A stretch of 64,000 nt of DNA from an uncultured Acidobacteriaceae bacterium (GCA_963718985.1 CAVRAQ010000028.1:5048-69047), one strand, 5' to 3'. Counted from the stretch's first letter, positions 50,407-61,318 are shown. Numbers and translations are program-made. Notes: a model not told the origin generated them from the letters alone.

Positions 50407-51240
50407 ATGCAATTATCGGTTCTGGAACCGGAATCAGCTCTCAAGCCATCACCGCTTGGCCGCGTGAATATTCTCGGCGTCGGGATTCACGCCATCAACA
50501 TGGAGAATGCGCAGCAGGCAATCGAGGAGGCCATCGCTGGTCGGCGCAAGGGCTATATCTGCGTGACAAACGTCCACGTTGTCATGGAAGCGCAGGAGAG
50601 CGCGGAATTCAAGCAGTTGCTTAACACCTCTTTCCTGACCGTGCCCGACGGGCGGCCGCTTGTCTGGGTGGGACGTTTGCAGGGCTCACGCGTAATTGAG
50701 CAGGTGGGTGGCCCGGAAATGATGGTCAGAATCTGCGAGTTATCCAGCCGGAAGCGTTATACTCATTTCTTCTATGGAGGCGCTCCAGGGGTTGCGGAGG
50801 AGCTGAAGAACAAATTCATGGCTCGTTATCCTGGACTGGAAGTGGTTGGCGTGTACTCGCCGCCGTTTCGCCCCCTGACCGCCGGAGAAGAACGCGAATT
50901 GCGCGCACTGTTTGACCGCCTTAAGCCGGATATAACTTGGGTGGGCCTCGGGGCGCCAAAACAGGAACAGTTCATGGCCGACTATCTGCCTTCTCTCAAT
51001 ACAACCATAATGATCGGAGTGGGCGCGGCGTTCAACATGCACACCGGTAGAATCACCGACGCACCCCATTGGGCGAAGCGTTGCGGGGTGGCGTGGCTAT
51101 TCCGCATGGCTCAGGAACCGCGGCGGTTGTCCGGCCGTTATCTGCGAACCAACCCGCGATTTTTATGGAAAGTATTTCTGCAGCTGACGGGGCTTCGGCC
51201 ATACACCCTGCCGGATACTGCGAGCGATACGACTGTATGA
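50407..51240 (+). CDS. WecB/TagA/CpsF-family glycosyltransferase (GT26)
   Basis: PDGRPLVW, FFYGG, SPPFRP, WVGLGAPKQE, GVGAAF, QEPRRL..RY. Confidence 0.93.
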   Translation: MQLSVLEPESALKPSPLGRVNILGVGIHAINMENAQQAIEEAIAGRRKGYICVTNVHVVMEAQESAEFKQLLNTSFLTVPDGRPLVWVGRLQGSRVIEQVGGPEMMVRICELSSRKRYTHFFYGGAPGVAEELKNKFMARYPGLEVVGVYSPPFRPLTAGEERELRALFDRLKPDITWVGLGAPKQEQFMADYLPSLNTTIMIGVGAAFNMHTGRITDAPHWAKRCGVAWLFRMAQEPRRLSGRYLRTNPRFLWKVFLQLTGLRPYTLPDTASDTTV

Positions 51241-51911
51241 ATACTGAAAGAGTCCTTTCCGAGCAGCTCGAGGAGACCACCGTAGTGCTCTCTCCGCACT
51301 GGAATAGCGCCGTACAGGTTGGTTTGAAACGCGTACTGGAGACGGTTATTTCCGGAACCGCGTTGCTTGTCTGCCTTCCGCTATTCGCCCTCCTGGCCGT
51401 CGCAATAAAGCTATCCTCGCGAGGGCCCATATTCTATCGCTGTGACTGGATCGGCAAGGACGAAGTTCCTTTCTCCGGATATAAGTTCCGCTCCATGGTG
51501 ATGAATGCCGACGAGCTCAAACCGCACCTTCAAGCGCAGAATGAAATGTCAGGTCCGGTTTTCAAGATCACAGACGATCCCCGAATAACGCGGCTGGGGG
51601 GCTGGATGAGACGCCATAGTCTTGACGAGCTCCCGCAACTCTACAGTGTGCTCACGGGAGATTTGAGCCTGGTCGGGCCAAGACCTCCACTCAGGACTGA
51701 ATACGAGAGGTACGCGACATGGCAAAAACAGAAGTTACTGGTCAAGCCCGGCATCACTTGTTTATGGCAGGTTAACGGCAGAAACAGCATTTACGATTTT
51801 CATGAATGGGTTCGGCTCGATTTCGAATATATCCGCACCTGGTCGTTTGGCCTGGATGTAAAAATCCTCTTTAAAACGCTTCGCGAAGTGCTTGCGGGGA
51901 CAGGCAAATGA
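51237..51911 (+). CDS. Priming sugar (phosphoglycosyl) transferase
   Basis: KFRSM, DPRITRLG, SLDELPQL, SLVGPRP, KPGITCLWQVNGR; ATGA overlap. Confidence 0.93.
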   Translation: MNTERVLSEQLEETTVVLSPHWNSAVQVGLKRVLETVISGTALLVCLPLFALLAVAIKLSSRGPIFYRCDWIGKDEVPFSGYKFRSMVMNADELKPHLQAQNEMSGPVFKITDDPRITRLGGWMRRHSLDELPQLYSVLTGDLSLVGPRPPLRTEYERYATWQKQKLLVKPGITCLWQVNGRNSIYDFHEWVRLDFEYIRTWSFGLDVKILFKTLREVLAGTGK

Positions 51912-51957
51912 CTATAGGAATGAGAATGGCATTCATCCCGGAGCGGCCCTGAGAAAC

Positions 51958-53151
51958 GTGAAACTCCTCTACATCTACAATTTATATCAGGAGCAAGGCG
52001 GAGAGAATCTCTGGTTTGAGAGCGAGCCGGATTTGTTTCGGGCTAAAGGGCATGAGGTCTTCGTCTACCGGCGCGACAACAGCGACATTCGCCATATGCC
52101 CGCGTGGAGACGGGCATCGCTTTTCTGGCAAGCCGCTTGGTCGCAGCAATCATATGAAGGCGTGCGTTCTTTGATTCGCAAGCAGCGGCCCGACGTCGCC
52201 CACGTCTATAACACACTTGTTTTGCTTAGCCCTTCGGTCTACTACGCGTGCCGTGACGAGGGTGTCCCTGTCGTACAGAGTGTCTATAATTATCGCCTCC
52301 TCTGCCCGGCGGCGACTCTGGTTCGAAATGGAGGCATCTGCGAAGAATGCCCCGAGCACTCCCTGTGGCGCGCGGTCAGGTATGGCTGTTACCGCGGGTC
52401 GCGTGTCCAATCCGCGGCTGTCGCATGGATGCTTGCCTCTCACAGACGGCGGGGCACATGGGCCGATGCCGTCGATCTTTACCTGGCTCCCACCCGATTC
52501 GTGAGGCTCAAGCTTATCCAGGGAGGCATTCCAGCAGAAAAGATCGTCATAAAACCAAACTGGCACGAGCCCGATCCGGGAATGAGGAAGGATGCGGATG
52601 GGTCGGTTCTATTTGTGGGAAAGCTATCCACGGAGAAGGGTCTGCGCACAGTTCTCAGGGCGTGGAGGTTAATGTCCGATCCGCCACTATTGCGCGTTAT
52701 CGGAGACGGGCCGTTACGCGACGAGGTTCAGCGCGCGGCTGCGGAGAGCACTCAGATTGAATTTCTTGGCCGGCGGCCGCACGCCGAGGTCATCGCATAT
52801 CTGCACCGAGCAAGCGTATTCCTGATCCCATCCGAGTGGTATGAGGCATTTCCGCATACCATCCTTGAAGGCTATGCATGTGGTGTGCCAATTGTGGCAA
52901 GCCGCATCGGCACGCTGGAAGACGTGATTGCGGATGGCAAGACTGGTCTCCTTTTCCCGCCGGGCGACGCCGCTGAGTTGGCAAACAGAGTCAAATGGTT
53001 ACTTGCCAGACCCAACGATGCAATGCGCATTGCCGCGGCCGGGCGCTTCGAATACGACAGCAGGTACAGAGGGAGTCATATTTACGAGTCACTGCTCAAT
53101 ATCTACTCCCAAGTATGCAAGCCCCGGTGTAGCTCGTCGCAACTGGTTTAG
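51958..53151 (+). CDS. GT4 glycosyltransferase
   Basis: YQEQGGE, NYRLLCP, FVGKLSTEKG, PSEWYEAFP..ILEGYACG.P. Confidence 0.92.
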   Translation: MKLLYIYNLYQEQGGENLWFESEPDLFRAKGHEVFVYRRDNSDIRHMPAWRRASLFWQAAWSQQSYEGVRSLIRKQRPDVAHVYNTLVLLSPSVYYACRDEGVPVVQSVYNYRLLCPAATLVRNGGICEECPEHSLWRAVRYGCYRGSRVQSAAVAWMLASHRRRGTWADAVDLYLAPTRFVRLKLIQGGIPAEKIVIKPNWHEPDPGMRKDADGSVLFVGKLSTEKGLRTVLRAWRLMSDPPLLRVIGDGPLRDEVQRAAAESTQIEFLGRRPHAEVIAYLHRASVFLIPSEWYEAFPHTILEGYACGVPIVASRIGTLEDVIADGKTGLLFPPGDAAELANRVKWLLARPNDAMRIAAAGRFEYDSRYRGSHIYESLLNIYSQVCKPRCSSSQLV

Positions 53152-53323
53152 CGCCATCCCAAGCAACAGAAAATCGGCAAAGCAACATGCTATCGCAACG
53201 GCGGCGTGACTGCGGCGTTTCCCGGCTAGAATTGGGATGCGCAACTGCAGCATTGCCTGAGGCGCATGCGTGTCGCTGCTGCAATCCAGAGTCGTTCATC
53301 CACATCAAAGGAGATTAAGCGCA

Positions 53324-54322
53324 ATGACGGCTGTAAAGCCCACAGTGATGATTACCGGTGTTGCCGGGTTTGTTGGAAGCAACCTTGCAGACCGGTTGGT
53401 GAAGGAGGGGTACCGGGTTTTCGGTGTAGATGACCTCTCCGCAGGGATCTTGGAGCAGGTGCCCAAAGAGGTTGACTTCCAACAGGCAGACATACGCTCC
53501 AAGCGCATGCCTGCTCTGCTCAAGGGCATTGACGTTGTCTTTCATCTGGCTGCAAAAAACTGCGTATCGGATTGCCAGGAGCACCCTTATGAAACTGCGG
53601 ACGTGAACATCTTGGGATCGCTCAATATCTTTGATGCAGCGCGCGCGGCGGGAGTCAAACGAGTCATTTACGCCGAATCATCGGCGATTTACGAGGGGAC
53701 CAGCCAGTTACCTACCCCTGAGTCGGATTTTACGCCGCAGACCTTCTACGCCATCACGAAAGCGTCCGACCACCTCTTCGCCAAAGCCTATCAGCGCTTC
53801 ATGGGGCTCCCAATGGTCGGTTTGCGGTACCTGAATGTCTATGGACCGCGGCAGGACTACCGGAGGGCGGTGCCTCCGGTCATGAGCTCATTTATCATCA
53901 GGCTCCTCTCCAACCAGAAGCCGCGCATTTACGGCGACGGCACCAAGCGACGCGATTTCGTTCACGTAGACGACGTTAACGACTTTCATGTGCTATGCAT
54001 CCAGAATGCCGATGTCGTTAACCGAGTGTTTAATCTGGGGAGCGGCACAAATCACTCCATCAGAGAGATTTACGATTTGGTATCCGAGATTGTGGGAGTA
54101 AGGACCGATCCAGAAATGCTGCCGGATGTCCCGGGCGAGGCACTGGCGAATCTGGGAGATATATCGCAGGCGCGTAGCGTCGGCTGGCAACCGCACACGA
54201 ACCTGAAGGATGGCCTGGTAGGAATGGTGGAATACATCCGGAGAGAAATAAAAGCCGGCAACATTTCCAATGCTCTCTTAGCCGCCGATACCAAAGCACT
54301 CTCAACGTCATCGCAAACATAA
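53324..54322 (+). CDS. NAD-dependent epimerase/dehydratase (GalE-like)
   Basis: TGVAGFVGS, YAITK, RYLNVYGPRQ, GDGTKRRDFVHVDD. Confidence 0.9.
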   Translation: MTAVKPTVMITGVAGFVGSNLADRLVKEGYRVFGVDDLSAGILEQVPKEVDFQQADIRSKRMPALLKGIDVVFHLAAKNCVSDCQEHPYETADVNILGSLNIFDAARAAGVKRVIYAESSAIYEGTSQLPTPESDFTPQTFYAITKASDHLFAKAYQRFMGLPMVGLRYLNVYGPRQDYRRAVPPVMSSFIIRLLSNQKPRIYGDGTKRRDFVHVDDVNDFHVLCIQNADVVNRVFNLGSGTNHSIREIYDLVSEIVGVRTDPEMLPDVPGEALANLGDISQARSVGWQPHTNLKDGLVGMVEYIRREIKAGNISNALLAADTKALSTSSQT

Positions 54323-54571
54323 CCTCGATCAGCTGCGATGCCTGAGAGAAATGGCCGGGCGCAGGCACGACCAATGAATGGTATAATAGGAGCGTCGCAG
54401 TTTTTACGGCGCACGCCTTCGTCGAATGCGATGCTGCAAACCTCTCATCAGGGATTGCAAAACACCAAAGCACCTTTATTGACGCGGTACACTGCGCAGT
54501 CGTAGCATGCCGCCTTGGCTGAGGATGTGGCGCTCATCCTCTTGCACGTCGATAGCTGCCAGAAGGAAACA

Positions 54572-55678
54572 ATGATCGTTACCAGAACACCATTCCGAAT
54601 TACGCTCGGCGGCGGTGGAACCGACTTGCCTTCATTCTATCGTGAGCATGGTGGTTTCGTTTTAGCAGTCACGATCAATAAGTACATGTTTCTTAACGTG
54701 AACACACCCATTCTCGACGATCTCATTCGCGTACGCTATACCAAAACAGAAATAGTGAAGCACGTTGATGAGGTATCGCACACCCTGGCGCGAGCGGCGC
54801 TCGAGTATTTCGGCATCCAAAGCGGGATCGAGATTAACTCCATTGCCGATATTCCCGCGGGAACTGGGCTGGGCTCCTCAAGTTGCTACCTGGTTGGGCT
54901 GATGAACGCGTTGCATGCGTTGACCCAAAGCCCAATTGGCCCTCAACAGCTGGCAGAGGAGGCGTGCCAGATTGAGCTCGAGCTTCTAAATAAGCCAATC
55001 GGAAAACAGGACCAGTACATGGCCGCTTTCGGCGGTCTGACCACCTTGAATATCGCGAAAAATGGCGTAGTAGAGGTCCAGCCATTGGCGCTCACCGCGG
55101 ATATCGTCGAGGAACTCGAAGGCAACCTCCTTTTGTTTTATACCGGAAGTGTACGCGATGCCACTGCGATCCTCTGCCAGCAGGACGACGGTGCCAAGCG
55201 AAAAGACGCTAATGTGGTGGGCAGCTTGATGGAAATCAAGGATATCGGTATTCAGATTGCCGCGGCCATCAGCTCCGGAAATCTCCGCCGCTTCGGCGAG
55301 TTGATGGACTGCCATTGGCAGGCAAAGAAACGCTTGTCAAACGGCGTCTCCAATCCCGCGATCGATGCGTGGTACGAGCTAGCCAGGCGAAACGGAGCGA
55401 TTGGCGGCAAGATCAGCGGCGCTGGCGGCGGCGGCTTCCTCATGTTGTATTGCGAGGAGGGCAAGGCGCGCGTGCGGGAGGCGTTGCGCCACGCCGGGCT
55501 GCGCGAACTAAGCTTCCTTTTCGAGTTCGAAGGCAGCAAGGTGGTCTTCGATATCGTGTCACGCGACGGACGTTTGGCTCACATGCATCGCAGCATGAAC
55601 GATGGCAGGAACGGCCGCAATGGCCACTACCACACCGTCCCTGGGAACGGCGCGGGGCAATTTCCCGCTGCTGTTTAA
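54572..55678 (+). CDS. hddA: D-glycero-D-manno-heptose 7-phosphate kinase (GHMP)
   Basis: TPFRITLGGGGTD, PAGTGLGSS, IGKQDQY, GGKISGAGGGGF. Confidence 0.85.
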   Translation: MIVTRTPFRITLGGGGTDLPSFYREHGGFVLAVTINKYMFLNVNTPILDDLIRVRYTKTEIVKHVDEVSHTLARAALEYFGIQSGIEINSIADIPAGTGLGSSSCYLVGLMNALHALTQSPIGPQQLAEEACQIELELLNKPIGKQDQYMAAFGGLTTLNIAKNGVVEVQPLALTADIVEELEGNLLLFYTGSVRDATAILCQQDDGAKRKDANVVGSLMEIKDIGIQIAAAISSGNLRRFGELMDCHWQAKKRLSNGVSNPAIDAWYELARRNGAIGGKISGAGGGGFLMLYCEEGKARVREALRHAGLRELSFLFEFEGSKVVFDIVSRDGRLAHMHRSMNDGRNGRNGHYHTVPGNGAGQFPAAV

Positions 55679-55901
55679 AGGCCGCGCGGATCGCGGAGGC
55701 TCCCGCGCCGATGAGTTTCCCTATTGGCTCCCGGCCCAGAGCGCTTATCACGCTGCATAAGTAGTTACTGCTTCCCGGCGGGGCCTTGTGGCCATGGCAG
55801 GCTCCAGGGATTGCTTTGGCCTTTGGCCCGCTGTTTTTGCGTCCAATGGTCGCAATTGTCGGTCCACGATATTTGATAAATGAAGGTAGGTTCTTTCACG
55901 A

Positions 55902-56510
55902 ATGGCGCGCGATGCCGTATTTCTCGATCGTGATGGGGTAATCAACTCCTATGTTTATGACGCCGATTTTGGGACGGTAGATTCGCCCAGCAACCCAGAC
56001 ACTTTCAGGCTATCGCCTGGCGCCGGAGAAGCAATTGCGGAACTTAACCGTCTCGGCATGGTTGTTGTGGTCGTCTCGAACCAGCCTGGGATCGCCAAGG
56101 GAAAGTTCACGCAGACATTGCTTGATCAGATCACGGACAAGATGCGCGCCGACATTGGCGATTGTGGCGGCCGGCTGGATGCCGTCTACTACTGCTTGCA
56201 CCATCCTGAATCAACTTTGCCGGACTATCGGGTCCGCTGCGACTGCCGCAAGCCGCGCCCAGGCATGCTCCTCCAGGCCGCGCGGGAGCTGGACATTGAC
56301 ATCCATCGCGCCTTCATGATCGGCGACGGAATCACCGATATTGAAGCTGGATGCGCCGCCGGCGCAAAGACCATATTTGTTGGTCAGTCAAAGCCCTACA
56401 TCTTCGAGGCTTTTGAAAGGCACTGTATCAAGCCCGATTTTATGGCCCCCAGCCTCGCCGAAGCGGTCACGATCATCAAGAAACAACTGGCAGTTACGGA
56501 AGGCGCGTAA
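55902..56510 (+). CDS. gmhB: D,D-heptose 1,7-bisphosphate phosphatase
   Basis: FLDRDGVIN, SNQPG, CLHHP..CDCRKPRPGM, MIGD..TD. Confidence 0.9.
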   Translation: MARDAVFLDRDGVINSYVYDADFGTVDSPSNPDTFRLSPGAGEAIAELNRLGMVVVVVSNQPGIAKGKFTQTLLDQITDKMRADIGDCGGRLDAVYYCLHHPESTLPDYRVRCDCRKPRPGMLLQAARELDIDIHRAFMIGDGITDIEAGCAAGAKTIFVGQSKPYIFEAFERHCIKPDFMAPSLAEAVTIIKKQLAVTEGA

Positions 56511-56678
56511 TTTGCAGCGGATGCGGAACTACGCATGCGCATGCGGTAACTCCGGCAAAGGTGGAAGCCTATGCGGGCAGCCGGCCGTGACCTTCCGGCA
56601 TGAGTTTGAAGCTCGCCTTCCCGCGGTCATCGAGTGCGCGTGCGAGTTGAACGTTAACCGAAACCAGGAGCGAATCAA

Positions 56679-57275
56679 ATGACATACACGGAACAATATC
56701 TCGACGAAGCGGTTGATATCCTGAAGCGACTTGATGGCGCCGAGATCGAGCGCATGGTGGACTGCCTGATTCGCACCCGCGAACAGAATGGGCGCCTCTT
56801 CATACTTGGCGTAGGGGGCGGCGCCGGACACGCTTCCCACGCAGTTTGCGATTTTCGTAAGATTGACGGGATCGAAGCCTACTCGCCCAGCGACAACGTT
56901 TCTGAGCTTACCGCGCGAGTGAACGACGATGGGTGGGAGACAACCTACGCCAATTGGTTGCGAGGCAGCCGGATCGCCGCAAAAGACATGGTGCTTGTCT
57001 TCTCTGTAGGCGGTGGGGATGCGGAGCGGAACATCAGCGCCAACCTGGTGCGTGCATTGCAGTGCGCCAAGCAGGCGGGAGCAACGATAGGCGGCGTAGT
57101 GGGTCGTGATGGCGGATTCACCGCGCAAGTTGCCGATGTGTGCGTGTTGGTGCGCGTACCCAATCCCGCCACTGTAACTCCGCACACTGAAGCGTTTCAG
57201 GCCGTGGTCTGGCATTTGCTGGCCTCGCATCCCCGCTTGAGAGTCGCTGAGATGAAGTGGGAGAGCGTGCGGTAA
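56679..57275 (+). CDS. gmhA: Phosphoheptose isomerase (SIS domain)
   Basis: GVGGGAGHASH..CD, TARVND, SVGGG, GRDGG, HTEAFQ. Confidence 0.82.
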   Translation: MTYTEQYLDEAVDILKRLDGAEIERMVDCLIRTREQNGRLFILGVGGGAGHASHAVCDFRKIDGIEAYSPSDNVSELTARVNDDGWETTYANWLRGSRIAAKDMVLVFSVGGGDAERNISANLVRALQCAKQAGATIGGVVGRDGGFTAQVADVCVLVRVPNPATVTPHTEAFQAVVWHLLASHPRLRVAEMKWESVR

Positions 57276-57517
57276 TTTCGTGCTTGAGGGGGTCTCAAAA
57301 TCATTCATCGAGGAAAAACACAAAGACCCATGAGCTGCAAACTGCCATGCGGATAGCAGCGATTGCTATTACGTGTGGCGTTTTCACCTCATGCGAACTG
57401 GCGGACTGAGGGGTATTCAATTCTCGGCGACAGAGGGACGGCCTTCCGTTGGGCCAAGACCCGTGGACGTAAACGTCGCCGTGGCAGTAAAATGACGAAA
57501 GGAAGGGGGCTACCCTC

Positions 57518-59197
57518 GTGAACGGAAAGATAGCCCTGGTGACGGCTTTCATTCTTCTTTCTGTCGCGCCGGACGTGGCTCAATCTGGCGCATCAATAAC
57601 TACGAGTGGGCCGAACATCACGATGCAACAGAATTTGAACGTCACAGGTACTGTCGCGGCGGGGACGACAACTTCCGGGTCGGTCAACGGTGTTCTCAAT
57701 CCAACGCAGTGTGGTAGTAGCCCTGTCCCATCGTGGTGCTCAGGTTCAGCTCTTGCGGCATGGATCGACGCCGCCGACACCGCGCTTGGCTCAAATCCAG
57801 GAGAAATCTGGATCCCGGCCGGAAGCTGGACGGCAACGGATGCGCAGATTTCCATTGGTCCCGGCCATAGTTTGCGCGTGATTGGTAACCTCACCATCGA
57901 TGCGGTAAACAAAGGTCCGATCCTGCTCGCGCAATACGCCAATCTGGATTGCTCGGCGCTCGGTGGCTCCAATTCGGTAGGCAACATTGTGCAGGTGTCC
58001 CCTGGCACTATGACCTCCATGGTCCGGGGCGCAAGCATAACCGGATCGCAAGAGGCGTTCTATGTTGAAAACTGCGATTTATGGGCAAACCAGTCGAACG
58101 TCAGCCGGGGGATTGTCGACGTATCGGGCCTGAATGATCGGGGCAGAATCAGCCATGACTATATCGCCGGAAACATCTCCGGGGCCGGCATCTATAGCGA
58201 CGATAGCGCATCCGGCTTCGTTGGCTCGTCCTACTTCACCATAGAAGATAACTGGCTGCAGCCATACAACAGCGGTACCTGCATTAACTTTCAGCATTCG
58301 AGTAACCCATCCAACGGCCCGGTTGCGCTGGGGATCAGGCTCATTAACAATGAGTGTCAACCCTCGAATACATCCTCGGCCACGCAGCCGCTTGTGCGGT
58401 TCAACAATGATTCGGCAAATCCGGATTTTATCTACGATCTCGACATCGATGGGATGAAGATTCTCGGCATCCCCGCGGGCGGCGCGGGCGCGGCCGGTAC
58501 GGGGCTCTGGCTTTCCGGCGTGTACCTTGGATCCTTCAATGACATTACTTGCCAGGGAGGGACATCCGCCAATCCAGGGAAGTGCGTCTACCTGAATTCC
58601 GGCGGAGACGACATCTTCAGGAACATCCGCGTGCAATATCCAGGATCGCTTTCTTATCTCACCACACTCTACGACACAACCAACCTGGGCTATTGCGGCG
58701 GTGCATGCACGGTGACCGATGCCGTGATTCCGCATTACGAGGTTTCGGCGCGAAATCAATACAGTGCTGGAAGTATATACGCGGCAAACTTCTACGGCGC
58801 CCTGAACACACCGAGCGGAACCTTCGCCCCGAGCTTGCAGTTTGGTGGAGCGTCCACTGGAATGACGGGCACATTCAGCGGATTCTATCGCACCGTCGGG
58901 TCGTTGGTTTATGTGCAGATTTCGATCCAGTTGACCGCTCTCGGCACGGCCACTGGGGCAGCCACGATCGCCGGGCTTCCTTACACAGCGGGCGGGATCT
59001 CTGCGTCAAATCAAGGCTGCGCCATCGGCTATATGGGCGCAATGGCTGGAATCAATGCGCCATTCCTTGCCAACATTCCACAAGGCAGCAATGCGATTGG
59101 CTTGTTTCTCATGGGAACTGCATGGGACAGCCCGATGACTAATAGCAATTTCACGTCGTCCTCCAATATCCAGCTTTCCTGCGTGTATTCCGAGTAG
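57518..59197 (+). CDS. Secreted parallel beta-helix protein with phage tail-fibre-like C-terminal domain
   Basis: Signal peptide; IDAA..GEIWIPAG pectin-lyase-like cap; Gly/Ser/Asn-rich rungs; C-terminal GTFAP..GFYRTVGSLVYV..AGLPYT. Confidence 0.65.
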   Translation: MNGKIALVTAFILLSVAPDVAQSGASITTSGPNITMQQNLNVTGTVAAGTTTSGSVNGVLNPTQCGSSPVPSWCSGSALAAWIDAADTALGSNPGEIWIPAGSWTATDAQISIGPGHSLRVIGNLTIDAVNKGPILLAQYANLDCSALGGSNSVGNIVQVSPGTMTSMVRGASITGSQEAFYVENCDLWANQSNVSRGIVDVSGLNDRGRISHDYIAGNISGAGIYSDDSASGFVGSSYFTIEDNWLQPYNSGTCINFQHSSNPSNGPVALGIRLINNECQPSNTSSATQPLVRFNNDSANPDFIYDLDIDGMKILGIPAGGAGAAGTGLWLSGVYLGSFNDITCQGGTSANPGKCVYLNSGGDDIFRNIRVQYPGSLSYLTTLYDTTNLGYCGGACTVTDAVIPHYEVSARNQYSAGSIYAANFYGALNTPSGTFAPSLQFGGASTGMTGTFSGFYRTVGSLVYVQISIQLTALGTATGAATIAGLPYTAGGISASNQGCAIGYMGAMAGINAPFLANIPQGSNAIGLFLMGTAWDSPMTNSNFTSSSNIQLSCVYSE

Positions 59198-59280
59198 TTT
59201 CACTCGCAGCGCGCGCACTACCACTCTTATTGCTTCAGCCGGACCGGGCACTGGACGTGCCCTGAAAAAGGGGAGATCTT

Positions 59281-60069
59281 ATGCGCGTGCCTTTGCGCGA
59301 GGCTATTATAGGTTGCCGAAACCTTCTGTGGGGGGGGAATGCTGCCTGCCTGCCGAAGCTCCGTCATCCCATGTCTGCCCTGCGCTATGCCGGCGAATGC
59401 CTGTTTCTTAATGGGTATTTAGACGGCCGTGGAATCCTGCCACAGCGTCCCGTATGGGAGGTAACCGGCCATGCTGAGCCGCTTAGCGTAGTCATAGATG
59501 GCGAAGCGGCGGTTGAGTGGTTTATGAACACAGCGTCGTATACCGCCGACCTCGTCTCGCTGTGCATGTTATGCAAAATCCTGGATCCGAAGATCGTCTT
59601 TGAGATCGGAACGCTTCGCGGTTCAGGCGCCCTCCATCTCGCCCTCAATTCGCCGAATGCTCAGATTTTCACCCTCGATCTTCTTCCTGATACGCAGACC
59701 CTGCTAACCACGACCGCCGCTGACCTATGGCACATCGACGCGCATAGGGGCACCCGCCGAATGTTCTTTGGCGGAAAAGCCGAAGCCGGCCGGATCGTCC
59801 AGTTATATGGTGATAGCGCCCAGTTTGATTTCTCAAGATGGAGCAGATCTGTGGATTTGTTCTTCATTGACGGGGCTCACAGCTATAGCTACGTGCGGAA
59901 TGATACTGCAAAAGCCCTGGAGTGCTGTCATAAGGGAAGCCTTATTGCATGGCACGACTACGGTCGCTTTGGCGTAAATGGCGTCTCCCGTTGGCTAAAT
60001 GAATTTGCATCGCAAGGGCGGCAAATCTACCGGGTTCCCGGCGGCTCGCTTGCATACATGATCGTGTAG
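59281..60069 (+). CDS. Class I SAM-dependent methyltransferase (Methyltransf_24-like)
   Basis: FEIGTLRGSG, GDS, DLFFIDGAHSY, WHDY. Confidence 0.88.
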   Translation: MRVPLREAIIGCRNLLWGGNAACLPKLRHPMSALRYAGECLFLNGYLDGRGILPQRPVWEVTGHAEPLSVVIDGEAAVEWFMNTASYTADLVSLCMLCKILDPKIVFEIGTLRGSGALHLALNSPNAQIFTLDLLPDTQTLLTTTAADLWHIDAHRGTRRMFFGGKAEAGRIVQLYGDSAQFDFSRWSRSVDLFFIDGAHSYSYVRNDTAKALECCHKGSLIAWHDYGRFGVNGVSRWLNEFASQGRQIYRVPGGSLAYMIV

Positions 60070-60218
60070 CATTTTGCAGGCGCGGATTACCGGATCCGAG
60101 TCGGTGTTCAAAGTAGAGAACAGCGGCGTTTGTTAAAAACAATAAGAGGTTTTCCAGCGATCGCTCTGGCCTATGAAGTTCCTTGGTGACCCGTTGTCAC
60201 TGCATCGGGTGCTAGATA

Positions 60219-61112
60219 TTGACCAACCCTATTCGCAAAGCCGTTATTCCTGTGGCAGGCCTTGGTACACGGATGCTTCCGTTCACCAAGACGATGCCCA
60301 AGGAAATGCTACCCATCGGCAGCAAACCTCTCATTCAATACGCGGTTGAGGAGGCAGTGGCCAGCGGCATTCAAGAGATCGTTCTGGTCGCTCCGCCAGG
60401 CAATACCACCATACAAGAGTATTTTGCCCGCAACCTGTCACTTGAGAGCCTTTTGGAGAAGCGCGGGCGCCACCAGGAAGCCGAGTCGATCCGTTGGTTG
60501 TCTCGCCTGGCGGACATTCGTTTTGCTTACCAGGACCAGCCCTTGGGTCTGGGACATGCGGTTGGCTGCGCCCGGCAGGCTGTCGGCGACGAACCATTTG
60601 CGCTGATCCTGCCCGATGCTTTGATCGTCAGCTCCCGTCCCTGCGTGCGCCAGCTTATCGACTGTTATGAACTTTTTCCCGGCTCCTATGTTGCCACTCG
60701 GGAGGTCGAAGCCGGGGAGCTTGGCCGATTCGGAATTCTTGACCTGTCTCCGCTCCACTACCCCGCGATGAACGGCCGGCTCTATCGAGTTCGGGGAATG
60801 GTGGAAAAACCTTCTGTCGAAGCCGCTCCCTCGCGATTTGGCGTCTTTGGAAGATACCTCTTTGAACCGGAGATTTTTGACTACATCGGCCGCGTTCCGC
60901 CTGACGCTTCCGGTGAGATCCAAATCACCAATGCCATGGCTATGTATTGCCTGGACTTTCCGCTCTACGGCGCTTGCTTTGAAGGCGATCACTACGACTC
61001 AGGTAACAAGCTCGAATTCCTGCAAGCGTCCGTGAGGATCGGGCTCGACGATCCTGAACGAGGCGGCGAGTTCCGGAAGTTCCTCATCTCAGTGCTATCA
61101 GCACAGAACTGA
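60219..61112 (+). CDS. galU: UTP-glucose-1-phosphate uridylyltransferase
   Basis: KAVIPVAGLGTRMLP..PKEMLP, QPLGLGHAV, VEKP, GEIQIT. Confidence 0.9.
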   Translation: MTNPIRKAVIPVAGLGTRMLPFTKTMPKEMLPIGSKPLIQYAVEEAVASGIQEIVLVAPPGNTTIQEYFARNLSLESLLEKRGRHQEAESIRWLSRLADIRFAYQDQPLGLGHAVGCARQAVGDEPFALILPDALIVSSRPCVRQLIDCYELFPGSYVATREVEAGELGRFGILDLSPLHYPAMNGRLYRVRGMVEKPSVEAAPSRFGVFGRYLFEPEIFDYIGRVPPDASGEIQITNAMAMYCLDFPLYGACFEGDHYDSGNKLEFLQASVRIGLDDPERGGEFRKFLISVLSAQN

Positions 61113-61318
61113 GTTCCTCATTGGCCGAAAAACCATCGTGTGATTCTTATCCGCCTGCGGCATTTTCAGGCATCGCATGGCTTGCCATGTCATTTTTGCC
61201 AAAACGGAACGCCGCTTTTACCGGGCCGTAGAATTTGTATCCCTTCGATCTCTCCATGCACTATTCTTGATAAATGCAATCGCGGCACAACCACCTTTTT
61301 GCGCCTGTGGGAGGCGTT

